Below, piece after piece: positions 1 through 14,438 of a DNA stretch of 64,000 nt. Source of the DNA: Eledone cirrhosa (taxonomy: Eukaryota); contig OZ024744.1 of the NCBI GenBank assembly GCA_964016885.1, positions 105,648,001 through 105,712,000 of the forward strand, read 5' to 3'. A program made the position numbers and the translations under genes. Position 1 is the stretch's first letter. Every line of letters begins with the position of its first letter. The notes under the pieces are model-generated. The model ran no database searches, was not told the DNA's origin, and worked only from the letters and a program-made list of their open reading frames with translations.

Positions 1-3000
1 ACCTACCATCGAATTATCTACCTGCAGTAGAATTATCTACCTACCATAGAACTATCTACCTACCATCGAATTATCTACCTGCAGTAGAATTATCTACCTA
101 CCATAGAATTATCTACCTGCGGTAGAATTATCAACCTACCATAGAATTATCTACCTAGCATAGAATCATCTACCTACCATAGAATTATCTACCTACTGTA
201 GAGCTATCTAGCTACCATAGAATTATCTAGATACAGTAGATTTATCTACCTACCATAGAATTATCTACCTACATTAGAATTATCTAGCTACCATAGAATT
301 ATCTACCTACTATAGAATTATCTACCCACCATAGAATTATCTACCCACCATAGAATTATCTACCTACAGTAGAATTATCTACCCACAATAGAATTATCTA
401 CGTACCATAGAATTATCTATCTACCATAGAATTATCTACCTAACTTAGGATTATCTACCTGCAATAGGATTATCTACCTGCAATAGAATTATCAACCTGC
501 AGTAGCATTATCTACCTGCAATAGAATTATCTACCTACCATCGAATTATCTACCTGCAGTAGAATTATCTACCTACCATAGAATTATCTAACTGCGGTAG
601 AATTATCAACCTACCATGGAATCATCTACCTACCATAGAATTATCTACCTACAGTTTAATTATCTACCCACCATAGAATTTTCTACCTACAGTAGAATTA
701 TCTACCTACCATAGAATTATCTACCTACCATAGAATTATCTACCTACAGTAGAATTATCTACCTACCATAGAATTATCTAGCTACCATAAAATTATCTAC
801 CAACCATAGAAATATCTACCTACCATAGAATTATCTACCAACCATAGAAATATCTAGCTACCATAAAATTATCTACCTACCCTAGAATTATCTACCTATA
901 GTAGAATTATCTACCTACCATAGAATTATCTACCTACTATACAATTATCTACCTACTGTAGAATTATCTACCTACCATAGAATTATCTACCTACAGTTGA
1001 ATTTTCTCCCTACAGTAGAATCATCTTCCTACCATAGAATTATCTATCTAGCATAGAATTATCTACCTGCAGTAGAATTATCTAGCTACCATAGAATTAT
1101 CTAGCTACCATAGAATTATCTACCTACCATAGAATTCTCTACATACAGTAGAGTTATCTACCTACCATAGAGTTATCTACCTACCATGGAATTAACTACC
1201 TACCATAGAATTATCTACCTGCCATAGAATTATCTATCTACTGTAGAAGTTTCTACCTGCCATAGAATTATCTACCTACAGTAGAATTACCTACCTCACA
1301 TAGAATTATATACCTACCATAGAATTATATACCTACAATAGAATTATCTACCTACTATAGAATTATCTACCTACAGTGGAAAAATCTACCTAACGTAGAA
1401 TTATCTGCCTATCATAGAATAATCTACCTGCAGTAGAATTATCTACCTACCATAGAATTATCTACCTGCACCAGAATTATCTACCTACTGTAGAATTAGC
1501 TACACACCATAGAATTAGCTACCCACTATAGAATTATCTACCTACTATAGAATTATCTACCTACCATAGAATTATCTACCTACAGTAGAGTTATCTACCG
1601 ACCATAAAATTAACTACCCACCATAGAATTATCTAGCTACAGTAGAATTATCTACCTACCATAGAATTATCTACCTACCATAGAATTATCTACCTACAAT
1701 AGAATTATCTACCCACCATTGAATTATCTACCTGCCATAGAATTATCTACCTGCCATAGAATTATCTACCTGCCATAGAATTATCTACCTACCATAGAAT
1801 TATCTACCTACCATAGAATTATCTACCTACCATAGAATTATCTAGATACAGTAGAGTTATCTATCTACCACAGAATTACCTACCCACAGTATAGTTATCT
1901 ACCTACCATAGAATTATCTACCTACTGTAGAATTATCTAACTAACATAAAATTATCTACCTACAGTAGAATTATCTACCCACCATAGAATTATCTACCTA
2001 CCATAGAATTATCTACCTACCATAGAATTATCTACCTAACATAGGATTATCTACCTGCAGTAGAATTATCTACCTGCAGTAGAATTATCTACCTACCATA
2101 GAATTATCTACCTGCTGTAGAATTATCTACCTACCATAGAATTATCTACCTACAGTAGAATCATCTATCTACCATAGAATTATCTAGCTACGATAGAATC
2201 ATCTACCTACCATAGAATTATCTACCCACCATAGAGTTATCTACCTACCATAGAACTATCTAGCTACAGTAGAATTATCTACCTACAGTAGAATTATCTA
2301 CCTACCATAGAATTATCTACCTGCAGTAGAATTATCTACCTACCATAGAATTATCTACCTACCATAGAATTATCTACCTACTGTAGAATTATCTACCTAC
2401 CTACCATAAAATTATAAAGCTACCATAGAATTATCTACCTACCATACAATTATCTACCGACCACAGAATTATAAAGCTACCATAGAATTATCTATCTACC
2501 ATAGAATTATTTACCTAGCATAGAATCATCTACCTACCATAGAATTATCTACCTACTGTAGAGCTATCTAGCTACCATAGAATTATCGAGATACAGTAGA
2601 TTTATCTACCTACCATAGAATTATCTACCTACTGTAGAATTATCTACCCACCATAGAATTATCTACCCACCATAGAATTATCTACCTACAGTAGAATTAT
2701 CTACCCACAATAGAATTATCTACGTACATAGAATTATCTATCTACCATAGAATTATCTACCTAACTTAGGATTATCTACCTGCAATAGGATTATCTACCT
2801 GCAATAGAATTATCAACCTGCAGTAGAATTATCTACCTGCAATAGAATTATCTACCTACCATCGAATTATCTACCTGCAGTAGAATTATCTACCTACCAT
2901 AGAACTATCTACCTACCATCGAATTATCTACCTGCAGTAGAATTATCTACCTACCATAGAATTATCTACCTGCGGTAGAATTATCAACCTACCATAGAAT

Positions 3001-6000
3001 TATCTACCTAGCATAGAATCATCTACCTACCATAGAATTATCTACCTACTGTAGAGCTATCTAGCTACCATAGAATTATCTAGATACAGTAGATTTATCT
3101 ACCTACCATAGAATTATCTACCTACATTAGAATTATCTAGCTACCATAGAATTATCTACCTACTATAGAATTATCTACCCACCATAGAATTATCTACCCA
3201 CCATAGAATTATCTACCTACAGTAGAATTATCTACCCACAATAGAATTATCTACGTACCATAGAATTATCTATCTACCATAGAATTATCTACCTAACTTA
3301 GGATTATCTACCTGCAATAGGATTATCTACCTGCAATAGAATTATCAACCTGCAGTAGCATTATCTACCTGCAATAGAATTATCTACCTACCATCGAATT
3401 ATCTACCTGCAGTAGAATTATCTACCTACCATAGAATTATCTAACTGCGGTAGAATTATCAACCTACCATGGAATCATCTACCTACCATAGAATTATCTA
3501 CCTACAGTTTAATTATCTACCCACCATAGAATTTTCTACCTACAGTAGAATTATCTACCTACCATAGAATTATCTACCTACCATAGAATTATCTACCTAC
3601 AGTAGAATTATCTACCTACCATAGAATTATCTAGCTACCATAAAATTATCTACCAACCATAGAAATATCTACCTACCATAGAATTATCTACCAACCATAG
3701 AAATATCTAGCTACCATAAAATTATCTACCTACCCTAGAATTATCTACCTATAGTAGAATTATCTACCTACCATAGAATTATCTACCTACTATACAATTA
3801 TCTACCTACTGTAGAATTATCTACCTACCATAGAATTATCTACCTACAGTTGAATTTTCTCCCTACAGTAGAATCATCTTCCTACCATAGAATTATCTAT
3901 CTAGCATAGAATTATCTACCTGCAGTAGAATTATCTAGCTACCATAGAATTATCTAGCTACCATAGAATTATCTACCTACCATAGAATTCTCTACATACA
4001 GTAGAGTTATCTACCTACCATAGAGTTATCTACCTACCATGGAATTAACTACCTACCATAGAATTATCTACCTGCCATAGAATTATCTATCTACTGTAGA
4101 AGTTTCTACCTGCCATAGAATTATCTACCTACAGTAGAATTACCTACCTCACATAGAATTATATACCTACCATAGAATTATATACCTACAATAGAATTAT
4201 CTACCTACTATAGAATTATCTACCTACAGTGGAAAAATCTACCTAACGTAGAATTATCTGCCTATCATAGAATAATCTACCTGCAGTAGAATTATCTACC
4301 TACCATAGAATTATCTACCTGCACCAGAATTATCTACCTACTGTAGAATTAGCTACACACCATAGAATTAGCTACCCACTATAGAATTATCTACCTACTA
4401 TAGAATTATCTACCTACCATAGAATTATCTACCTACAGTAGAGTTATCTACCGACCATAAAATTAACTACCCACCATAGAATTATCTAGCTACAGTAGAA
4501 TTATCTACCTACCATAGAATTATCTACCTACCATAGAATTATCTACCTACAATAGAATTATCTACCCACCATTGAATTATCTACCTGCCATAGAATTATC
4601 TACCTGCCATAGAATTATCTACCTGCCATAGAATTATCTACCTACCATAGAATTATCTACCTACCATAGAATTATCTACCTACCATAGAATTATCTAGAT
4701 ACAGTAGAGTTATCTATCTACCACAGAATTACCTACCCACAGTATAGTTATCTACCTACCATAGAATTATCTACCTACTGTAGAATTATCTAACTAACAT
4801 AAAATTATCTACCTACAGTAGAATTATCTACCCACCATAGAATTATCTACCTACCATAGAATTATCTACCTACCATAGAATTATCTACCTAACATAGGAT
4901 TATCTACCTGCAGTAGAATTATCTACCTGCAGTAGAATTATCTACCTACCATAGAATTATCTACCTGCTGTAGAATTATCTACCTACCATAGAATTATCT
5001 ACCTACAGTAGAATCATCTATCTACCATAGAATTATCTAGCTACGATAGAATCATCTACCTACCATAGAATTATCTACCCACCATAGAGTTATCTACCTA
5101 CCATAGAACTATCTAGCTACAGTAGAATTATCTACCTACAGTAGAATTATCTACCTACCATAGAATTATCTACCTGCAGTAGAATTATCTACCTACCATA
5201 GAATTATCTACCTACCATAGAATTATCTACCTACTGTAGAATTATCTACCTACCTACCATAAAATTATAAAGCTACCATAGAATTATCTACCTACCATAC
5301 AATTATCTACCGACCACAGAATTATAAAGCTACCATAGAATTATCTATCTACCATAGAATTATTTACCTAGCATAGAATCATCTACCTACCATAGAATTA
5401 TCTACCTACTGTAGAGCTATCTAGCTACCATAGAATTATCGAGATACAGTAGATTTATCTACCTACCATAGAATTATCTACCTACTGTAGAATTATCTAC
5501 CCACCATAGAATTATCTACCCACCATAGAATTATCTACCTACAGTAGAATTATCTACCCACAATAGAATTATCTACGTACCATAGAATTATCTATCTACC
5601 ATAGAATTATCTACCTAACTTAGGATTATCTACCTGCAATAGGATTATCTACCTGCAATAGAATTGTCAACCTGCAGTAGAATTATCTACCTGCAATAGA
5701 ATTATCTACCTACCATCGAATTATCTACCTGCAGTAGAATTATCTACCTACCATCGAATTATCTACCTGCAGTAGAATTATCTACCTACCATAGAATTAT
5801 CTACCTGCGGTAGAATTATCACCCTACCATAGAATTATCTACCTACAGTAGAATCATCTATCTACCATAGAATTATCTACCTTCCATAGAATTATCTACC
5901 TGCAGTAGAATTATCTACCATAGAATTATCAACCTGCAGTAGAATTATCTACCTGCAATAGAATTATCTACCTACCATCGAATTATCTACCTACCATAGA

Positions 6001-9000
6001 ATTACCTACCTGCGGTAGAATTATCAACCTACCATAGAATTATCTACCTACAGTAGAATCATCTAACTACCATAGAATCATCTACCTACCATAGAATTAT
6101 CTACTTACCATAGAATTATCTACCTACAGTAGAGTTATCTACCTACCATAGAATTATCTACCTACCATAGTTTTATCTACCTACAGTAGAATTATCTACC
6201 TACCATAGAATTATCTGCCTTCAGTAGAATTATCTACCTATTGTAGAATTAGCTACCGATCATAGAATTATCTACCCACCATATAATTATCTACCTACCA
6301 TAGAATTATCTATCTACAGTAGAATTATCTACCTGCCATTGAATTATCTACCTACAGTAGAATTATCTACCTACCATAGAATGATCTATCTACCATAGAA
6401 TTATCTACTTACCATAGAATTATCTCCCTACCATAGAATTATCTACCTACCATAGAATTATCTACCAGCAGTAGAATTATCTACCTACAATAGAATTATC
6501 TACGTACAGTAGAATTATCTACCTACAGTAGTGTTATATACCTACCATAGAATTATCTACCTACCTTAGAATTATCTACCCACCATAGAATTATCTACCC
6601 ACCATAGAATTATCTACCTGCCATAGAATTATCTACCTACCATAGCATTATCTATTTACCATAGAATTATCTATCTACCATAGAATTATCTATCTACCAT
6701 AGAATTATCTACCTACCATAGAATTATCTACCTACCATAGAATTATCTACCATAGAATTATCTACCTGCAGTAGAATTATCTACCTGCAATAGAATTATC
6801 TACCTACCATCGAATTATCTACCTGCAGTAGAATTATCTACCTACCATAGAATTATCTACCTGCGGTAGAATTATCAACCTACCATACATTCATCTACCT
6901 ACCATAGAATTATCTACCTACAGTTTAATTATCTACCCACCATAGAATTATCTACCAACCATAGAAATATTAAGCTACCATAAAATTATCTACCTACCCT
7001 AGAATTATCTACCTATAGTAGAACTATCTACCTACAGTAGAATTATCTACCTGCAGTAGAATTATCTACCTACAATAGAATTATCTACCTACTATACAAT
7101 TATCTACCTACTGTAGAATTATCTACCTACCATAGAATTATCTACCTACCATAGAATTATCTACCTACCATAGAATTATCTACCTGCAGTAGAATTATCT
7201 AGCTACCATAGAATTATCTAGCTACCATAGAATTATCTACCTACCATAGAATTCTCTACATACAGTAGAGTTATCTACCTACCATAGAGTTATCTACCTA
7301 CCATGGAATTAACTACCTACCATAGAATTATCTACCTACCATAGAATTATCTATCTACTGTAGAGGTTTCTACCTGCCATAGAATTATCTACCTACAGTA
7401 GAATTACCTACCTCACATAGAATTATATACCTACCATAGAATTATATACCTACAATAGAATTATCTACCTACTATAGAATTATCTACCTACAGTGGAATA
7501 ATCTACCTAACGTAGAATTATCTGCCTATCATAGAATAATCTACCTGCAGTAGAATTATCTACCTACCATAGAATTATCTACCTGCACCAGAATTATCTA
7601 CCTACTGTAGAATTAGCTACACACCATAGAATTAGCTACCCACTATAGAATTATCTACCTACTATAGAATTATCTACCTACCATAGAATTATCTACCTAC
7701 AGTAGAGTTATCTACCCACCATAGAATTATCTAGCTACAGTAGAATAATCTACCTAACATAGAATTATCTACCTACCATAGAATTATCTACCTACAATAG
7801 AATTATCTACCCACCATAGAATTATCTACCTGCCATAGAATTATCTACCTGCCATAGAATTATCTACCTGCCATAGAAATATCTACCTACCATAGAATTA
7901 TCTACCTACCATAGAATTATCTACCTACCATAGAATTATCTCGATACAGTAGAGTTATCTATCTACCATAGAATTACCTACCCACAGTAGAGTTATCTAC
8001 CTACCATAGAATTAACCACCTACTGTAGAATTATCTAACTAACATAAAATTATCTACCTACAGTAGAATTATCTACCCACCATAGAATTATCTACCTACC
8101 ATAGAATTATCTATCTACCATAGAATTATCTACCTAACATAGGATTATCTACCTGCAGTAGAATTATCTACCTACCATAGAATTATCTACCTACAGTAGA
8201 ATCATCTATCTACCATAGAATTATCTAGCTACGATAGAATCATCTACCTACCATAGAATTATCTACCCACCATAGAGTTATCTACCTACCATAGAACTAT
8301 CTAGCTACAGTAGAATTATCTACCTACAGTAGAATTATCTACCTACCATAGAATTATCTACCTGCAGTAGAATTATCTACCTACCATAGAATTATCTACC
8401 TACCATAGAATTATCTACCTACTGTAGAATTATCTACCTACCTACCATAAAATTATAAAGCTACCATAGAATTATCTACCTACCATAGCATTATCTAATC
8501 TACAGTAGAATTATCTACCCGCAGTAGAATTATGTACCTGCGATAGAATTATCTACCTACCATAGAATTATTTACCTATTGTAGAATTATCTACCTACCA
8601 TAGAATTATCTAACCTACAGTAGAATTATCTACCTACCATAGAATTATCTACCTACCATAGAATTATCTACCTACCATAGAATTATCTACCTACCATAGA
8701 ATTATCTAACCTACAGTAGAATTATCTACCTACCATAGAATTATCTACCTACAGTAGAGTTATCTACTTACCATATAATTAACTATCTATCATAGAATTA
8801 TCTACCTACCATAGAATTAAATACCTACCATAGAATCATCTACTTACCATAGAATTATCTACCTACCATAGAATTATCTACTTACCATAGAATTATCTAC
8901 CTACCAATCATAGAATTAACTACCTACCATAGAATTATCCACCTACCATAGAACTATCTACCTACCATAGAATTATATAGCTACCATAGAATTATCTACC

Positions 9001-9822
9001 TACCATAGAATTATCTACCTACAGTAGAGTTATCTACCTACCATAGAATTTTCTAACTACAGTAGCATTGTCTACCACCCATAGAATTATCTACCAGCAG
9101 TAGAATTACCTACCTACGGTAGAATTATCTACCCACCATAGAATTATCTACCTATCATAGAATTATCTACCTACAGTAGAATTATCTATCTACCATAGAA
9201 TTATCTATCTACCATAGAATTATCTACCTACAATAGAATGATCTACCTACCACAGAATTATCTACCTACAGTAGAATTATTTACCTACAGTAGAATTATC
9301 AACCTACCATAGAATTATCTACCTACCATAGAATTATCTACCTACCATAGAATTATCTACCTACCATAGAATTATCTACCTGCAGTAGAATTATCTACCT
9401 ACCATAGAATTATCTACCTCCAGTAGAATTATCTAGCTACCATAGAATTATCCACCTACAGTAGAATTATCTCCCCACCTAGAATTATCTACCCACCATA
9501 GAATTATCTACCCACCATAGAATTATCTACCTACCACAAAATGATTTACGTACAGTAGAATTATTTACCTACAGTAGAATTATCTACCTACCATAGAATT
9601 ATCTAGCTACCATAGAATTATCTACCTACTATAATTCTATGGTAGGTAGTTAACTCTATGGTAGGTAGATAATTCTATGGTAGGGAGATAACTCTACTGT
9701 AGGTAGATAATTCTATGGTAGGTAGATAACTCTACTGCAGGTATATAATTCTTATGCTAGGTCGATAACTCTATCGCAGATATATAATTCTATGGTAGGT
9801 TGAATTATCTAGCTACAGTAGA
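1..9822. repeat. 19-bp tandem satellite (consensus TAGAATTATCTACCTACCA), about 515 monomers, with higher-order structure and a terminal inverted block
   Basis: Monomer directly visible throughout. Diagnostic variants recur at a 2853-bp spacing (CTACAGTGGA at 1371 and 4224). The reverse-complement monomer TGGTAGGTAGATAATTCTA occupies about 9631-9800. Confidence 0.98.
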
Positions 9823-10160
9823 ACAAAAAATGTTTGTAAGCCACTCTTCACTCCCTCTTATTTGAATGACAGTTCAAAGGTATAATAAATTTTGTATAAC
9901 TCTTGAAACCCATGGATTTTGAGAGAGATAAATGAGTAGGGGTCTTTAATTTCATATCACCTGCAGTATTTTCTCTCAGAAGTGTCAGGTTAATTTTGGT
10001 AGATTTAAATCGTGCCTGTTATTGATTTTTCTTTTTGAGAAATAAAAGTTGTTGCAGGCATGCACTTTCATAAAAGTACACTTTCTTATAGTACACTTTC
10101 ATCAACAATGTATTCTTGTTCAGCAATCATCTTCAGTTCCTCAGGGTAGTCAATTTAAAC
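9823..10160 (-). pseudogene. Decayed pogo/Tigger-type DDE transposase fragment
   Basis: Minus-strand translation, with frameshifts, gives YPEELKMIAEQEYIVDES..KCMPATTFISQKEKS..LTLL..NTAGDMKLK.PLLIYLSQNP. This matches the pogo/TIGD motif series DETGL..MPxRTFIS..RLTLL..NAAGDFKLKPLLIY.SENP. Confidence 0.75.
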
Positions 10161-10740
10161 CAGCTTATTTTTTTTTCACCATCTTTTTTCTGTAAATTGT
10201 CATACAAATTTTTAGGTTTTGCTTGTTTTTATTTTCAACTTGGGTGGAAAATATAACTGAAACCATAAAATAAATATAGTCCTATAGTAAATAAATAAAA
10301 GTCATGTTGTATTAACATAAAAGTCATATAGTACAAATATACATATAGTATACATAAAAGTCATATATATATATATATCTTAATTTTATTTTAGCTCTAC
10401 TTATAAATGATGCTAATCAGCCCATGTACATATTTGTGAAAACTATGTTTTCGGCTATATTGAGTTCCAGCAGAGAGCAGGGTTAGGGAGCATTGGCTTG
10501 ATAACGACTAGAGTCAGAAACGACGTCGTCGTCAGTTACCCACCCTTAGCTTCTACTGAAATCCACTAAATCAGAAGGCTTCAAAAAAATGTTTATTTGT
10601 AAACATACCGTATATCACTAGATATACAGTATATATATATGTATAATATAAGTGATTATAGTGGAGTACTTCACTATTTGGTAAGGTGAGAGAGGATTTA
10701 TGCACATTAAAATCCTTGGTTCATCAGGAGTATAAAACAG

Positions 10741-10825
10741 AGACAAATAAGTCTTTGACAGAAAGTTCTCGATGCTGAGGACAGACAAATAAGTCTTTGA
10801 TAATAAGTTCTCGATGCTGAGGACA
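10741..10825. repeat. Two-copy tandem duplication of about 42 bp
   Basis: AGACAAATAAGTCTTTGA...AAGTTCTCGATGCTGAGGAC occurs twice in a row. Confidence 0.85.
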
Positions 10826-11112
10826 GTTCAGGTAGCAGAACATTAATATTTAAAATAACAAAAGACCAAAGTTTAACCACTTATATCCATTCTTTCATTT
10901 CTACGTCTGTTTCAATATGGTTACAATAGTACATGCATATGTAAACAACTGGAGATAATAAATTATCAATTATTAACATAATATATATTACATATAACTG
11001 CATTTCTTCATGAAAATATGAGAAGTAACAAAGTTTACCAAGTTCAAATGGTATTAAGAATAGACTTTACACCATAACATGATATATATATATATAAAAG
11101 TCATGTGGCATA

Positions 11113-11299
11113 TACTATCGGGTCCCAAATAATAGGGGTGGGGTTGAGTTGGAAAATTGGTAATTTTTCTAGGTTGTCTCCATTGATTTATTAAAAAACA
11201 ACAGAATTATTCATTTAGTTTACATATTGGGACATAAGATAAGAGCGGGGGTGTCTGAAAAATTTAATAAGGGGGGCATTATTCGAGACTTTGAAAGTA
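11113..11299. mobile_element. Possible old MITE with imperfect terminal inverted repeats
   Basis: The left end TACTATCGGGTCCCAAATAAT resembles the reverse complement of the right end, TACTTTCAAAGTCTCGAATAAT. Internal AATAAGGGG-like motifs repeat. Confidence 0.4.
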
Positions 11300-11848
11300 G
11301 TATATATAAAAATCATATAGGATATATAAATGTTATATAGTATATATAAAAACAAGTATATAAAAATAGTATAGTGGTGATGTGAAAATGATAATGAGCA
11401 CTCCCTCTGACTTGGCCATAGATAACTCTACACATTCCATTGTTAACATACAACATATGTAGTTACAGAGGCATTGTTATCTTGTTGTTGGTCATTTAAA
11501 AGTTGTTGTTGTTGTTGTTGTTGTTGTTGTTCGTTGTTTTTGTTTAGGTTAATTGTATTGTTGTATCAAGGATCAAAGACATTTCAGTCAACCTTGAAGA
11601 TACACTGGGGTACCTCAGTCCCTCACACACAGAGGTACACTCACGCTCCCTTACATACACACACATTTACAGTAGCTCTGGTAAGGCCAGGCATACTGAA
11701 TTACAGAGAAGGTTAGTAAATTTAAAACTTCAGATTCTTGCATTCTTTCTCTCACAATTCCTACCAACTAAACACATCACATTGAAATACTTTATCAAAT
11801 GCATATTTTGTATTTTCTGAGTGTTCTCATTCACCACATGATTTTGTC

Positions 11849-12389
11849 AATTCTCTGTAGCAGCTGCTGGCCACTTTTCCTGTCTATAGGGGTATTTTAC
11901 CTGATTTTCTATTTATAGGGGTATTTTACATGATTTACTATCTATAGGGGTATTTTACTTGATTTTCTGTCTATAGGGGTATTTTACCTGATTTACTATC
12001 TATAGGGGTATTTTACATGATTTACTATCTATAGGGGTATTTTACATGATTTTCTATCTGTAGGGGTATTTTACATGATTTACTATCTATAGGGGTATTT
12101 TACTTGATTTTCTGTCTATAGGGGTATTTTACCTGATTTACTATCTATAGGGGTATTTTACATGATTTTCTATCTATAGGGGTATTTTACAGGATTTTCT
12201 ATCTATAGGGGTATTTTACAGGATTTTCTGTCTATAGGGGTATCTTACCTGATTTTCTATCTATAGGGTATTTTACATGATTTTCTAAAGCTGCTTTCAC
12301 AGTTATTTTCCTGTGTTCAACATTTTCTATATTTTCTAAAAATTTCAACTTTTAATCATTCAATGTTTATTTACAAAATATTGTCACAT
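11849..12389 (+). mobile_element. Dispersed repeat carrying an internal 29-bp VNTR (about 14 copies of CTATAGGGGTATTTTACATGATTTTCTAT)
   Basis: Both unique flanks and the 29-mer recur as the reverse complement at 45886-46106, where only about 3 units are present. Confidence 0.85.
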
Positions 12390-12599
12390 TGGAAAGCTGA
12401 TATTTAACACTATTTTAGACAATATCTGTTGTCATGTCTCATTTATCTCAATAGTACAGAGTGATCAGCTGGATTTTGAGCGGTACAGAGTTCAATTCTC
12501 TGTAGTGGCTGGCCGCTTTAGCTTCCATACCCCCACCCCACCCACCTCCACCTCTTCCTGCATATCTTGTTCTGTCTTGTGTTTATTCTGAAGTCATTA

Positions 12600-13520
12600 A
12601 TAACTTGTGTTAGGCAGTACATTCTCCCCCAGGGAAGGACTTAGCATTTATTGCTGTCTGTTTATCTCATTGTCTTACAAGTATTCAATCTGATTGTGTG
12701 TGTTTCTGGTTGATATGTGACCAGATGGCTGGCTGGCTGGTTTCCTGAAATTTGTGTGGCAAGTGGTTTGTTCATTTGTGTCACAGAATTCCAGAACCCT
12801 CTTCATTTCTTGAGCCATAACCATAGCCACTGTGACCTCCATTGAATCTACCCTGGTACTGCCCCACATGTCCATTGAAGTCACCTGCCAAGATGATGAG
12901 GTCTCTTTCATCAGTAACTGAGGTTGTCTATAAAAGTTCCTCATACAAACTGTCCTTTTGTTCTCTACTCAGTCCTACCTGTGGGACATAGGTAGATGTA
13001 ATTGTCACCATTCTATTTCCTACAGATATTCTAAGCTTGATGACTCTGTCACTTACTCTAACTACTTCTATTACCTTGTCTATCTAAAGGGTTGCACACT
13101 TTTTTCGGGGGTGTGTGCGACCCCCCCAAGGCGCCTCCTCTCTATTGAGGATTTTGTTACAAATTTTATTTTTTGTTATATTTTATTTTATTTTATTTTT
13201 ATATTTTGTTATTGCCTCCTCCTTATTGAGGACGCCTTTTTGTGTAAACTCCCCTCTTTGTACTTGTCCCACTTTTGATGCCCTGGTGGCAAATAAAAGA
13301 AACATATCTATCTAATTCTCAGTTAGTAAGATACCCACACCATCCACCCCATCACTTGTATCTAAGCTGTTTGTCTGTCAGTAATCTTGCTGAGACACCC
13401 CTCCATATCACCTCTTATATATAGCATATATCTACTTCTCTTCTCTCTAACAATTTCACTTGATTGACCTTTCTGTGAGCCCCGCAATGAGAGTGGCAGC
13501 CCTGAGATGCATAACTTGAC
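12600..13520 (-). mobile_element. Decayed RTE-clade LINE, AP-endonuclease region, interrupted at about 13100-13312
   Basis: Minus-strand motifs LRAATL, VDICYI, GVGI, TYVPQVG, GDFNGHVG and RVLEFCD..NFRK. Confidence 0.8.
13100..13312 (+). mobile_element. 5'-truncated non-LTR retrotransposon 3' UTR inserted in the RTE relic
   Basis: Ends GCCCTGGTGGCAAATAAAAGAAA. It shares CTATTGRGGATTT and this tail with 21800-21950 (-) and 61340-61650 (+). Confidence 0.6.
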
Positions 13521-13854
13521 AGTGATTACACCATTCAGTAGCAGCTCTTTATACCTGAAAAGGAAAAGGGCTGCACAAATGTTTGATGATGGTCGAGGGG
13601 TTCTCACACATGGCTACTCTAACCACCCCACTACCATGCACGACACTAACATAATTAGTGTTATCTCTGTATACACAATTTGTGTGAATCTTATTTGTTA
13701 TGCTTTTCATAATTTTGGTGGGTTTTTTTCTGACTGGATATCCTTCCTTGTTCGTAGAAGACCAGCTGTTGTCAATAGATACCAGTCTCCCCTCTCCATA
13801 CCGATATTGTCCAAGGGAAAGGCAAAGGTGATACAACTTAGCACCAGTGATGTT

Positions 13855-13995
13855 GCAACTCATTTCTACAGCTGAGTAAACTGGAGCAATGTGAAATAAA
13901 GTGTCTTGCCTAAGGACACAACACATTGCCTAGTCTGGAAATCAGACTCATAATGTCACAGTTACAAGCCCAATGCTTTAACCACTAAGCCATGG
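13855..13995 (-). mobile_element. CORE-type tRNA SINE fragment
   Basis: The reverse complement contains CCTTAGGCAAGACACTTTATTTCACATTGCTCCAGTTTACTCAGCTGTAGAAATG, near-identical to 57721-57777 and resembling the MIR/CORE domain. Confidence 0.75.
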
Positions 13996-14106
13996 GCCTT
14001 CATATATATATATATATATGTAAAAGTTCTATTTAAATTGTTGGGATACAACAAGCAAATATTTTTATAACTGATATAAAGCACTCAACAAATAATTGGA
14101 GTAAAA

Positions 14107-14438
14107 ATACGATATTAACAAATGGAAACTATATTTATAAAACCATATTTATTTCATTATACATATTTCAAGGACACCAAGTTAAATTATGGTGTGCTTT
14201 CATCAGATAAAATATAATATAGAGCAGTTTTATAAATAAATATTGACATACTCTTAAAGAATGCAACCATTACGGGAGCTTCCAACAGTAATGGTTGCAT
14301 TCTTTAAGGGTATGCCAATATTTATTTATAAAACTGCTCTATATTATATTATATTTTATCTGATGAAAGCACACCATAATTTAACTTGGTGTCCTTGAAA
14401 TAAATATGGTTTTATAAATATAGTTTCCATTTGTTAAT

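Noticed and set aside
10085-10145. Minus-strand CTGAAGA...GAAAGTGTACTA hammerhead-like spacing
   Set aside because: No stem I or stem II closure. The sequence is explained as pogo transposase coding relic.
10741-10825. CTGAGGA and GAAA in the 42-bp duplication as a possible hammerhead
   Set aside because: Stem I cannot form, the hairpin is not adjacent to GAAA, and the GAAA is lost in the second copy.
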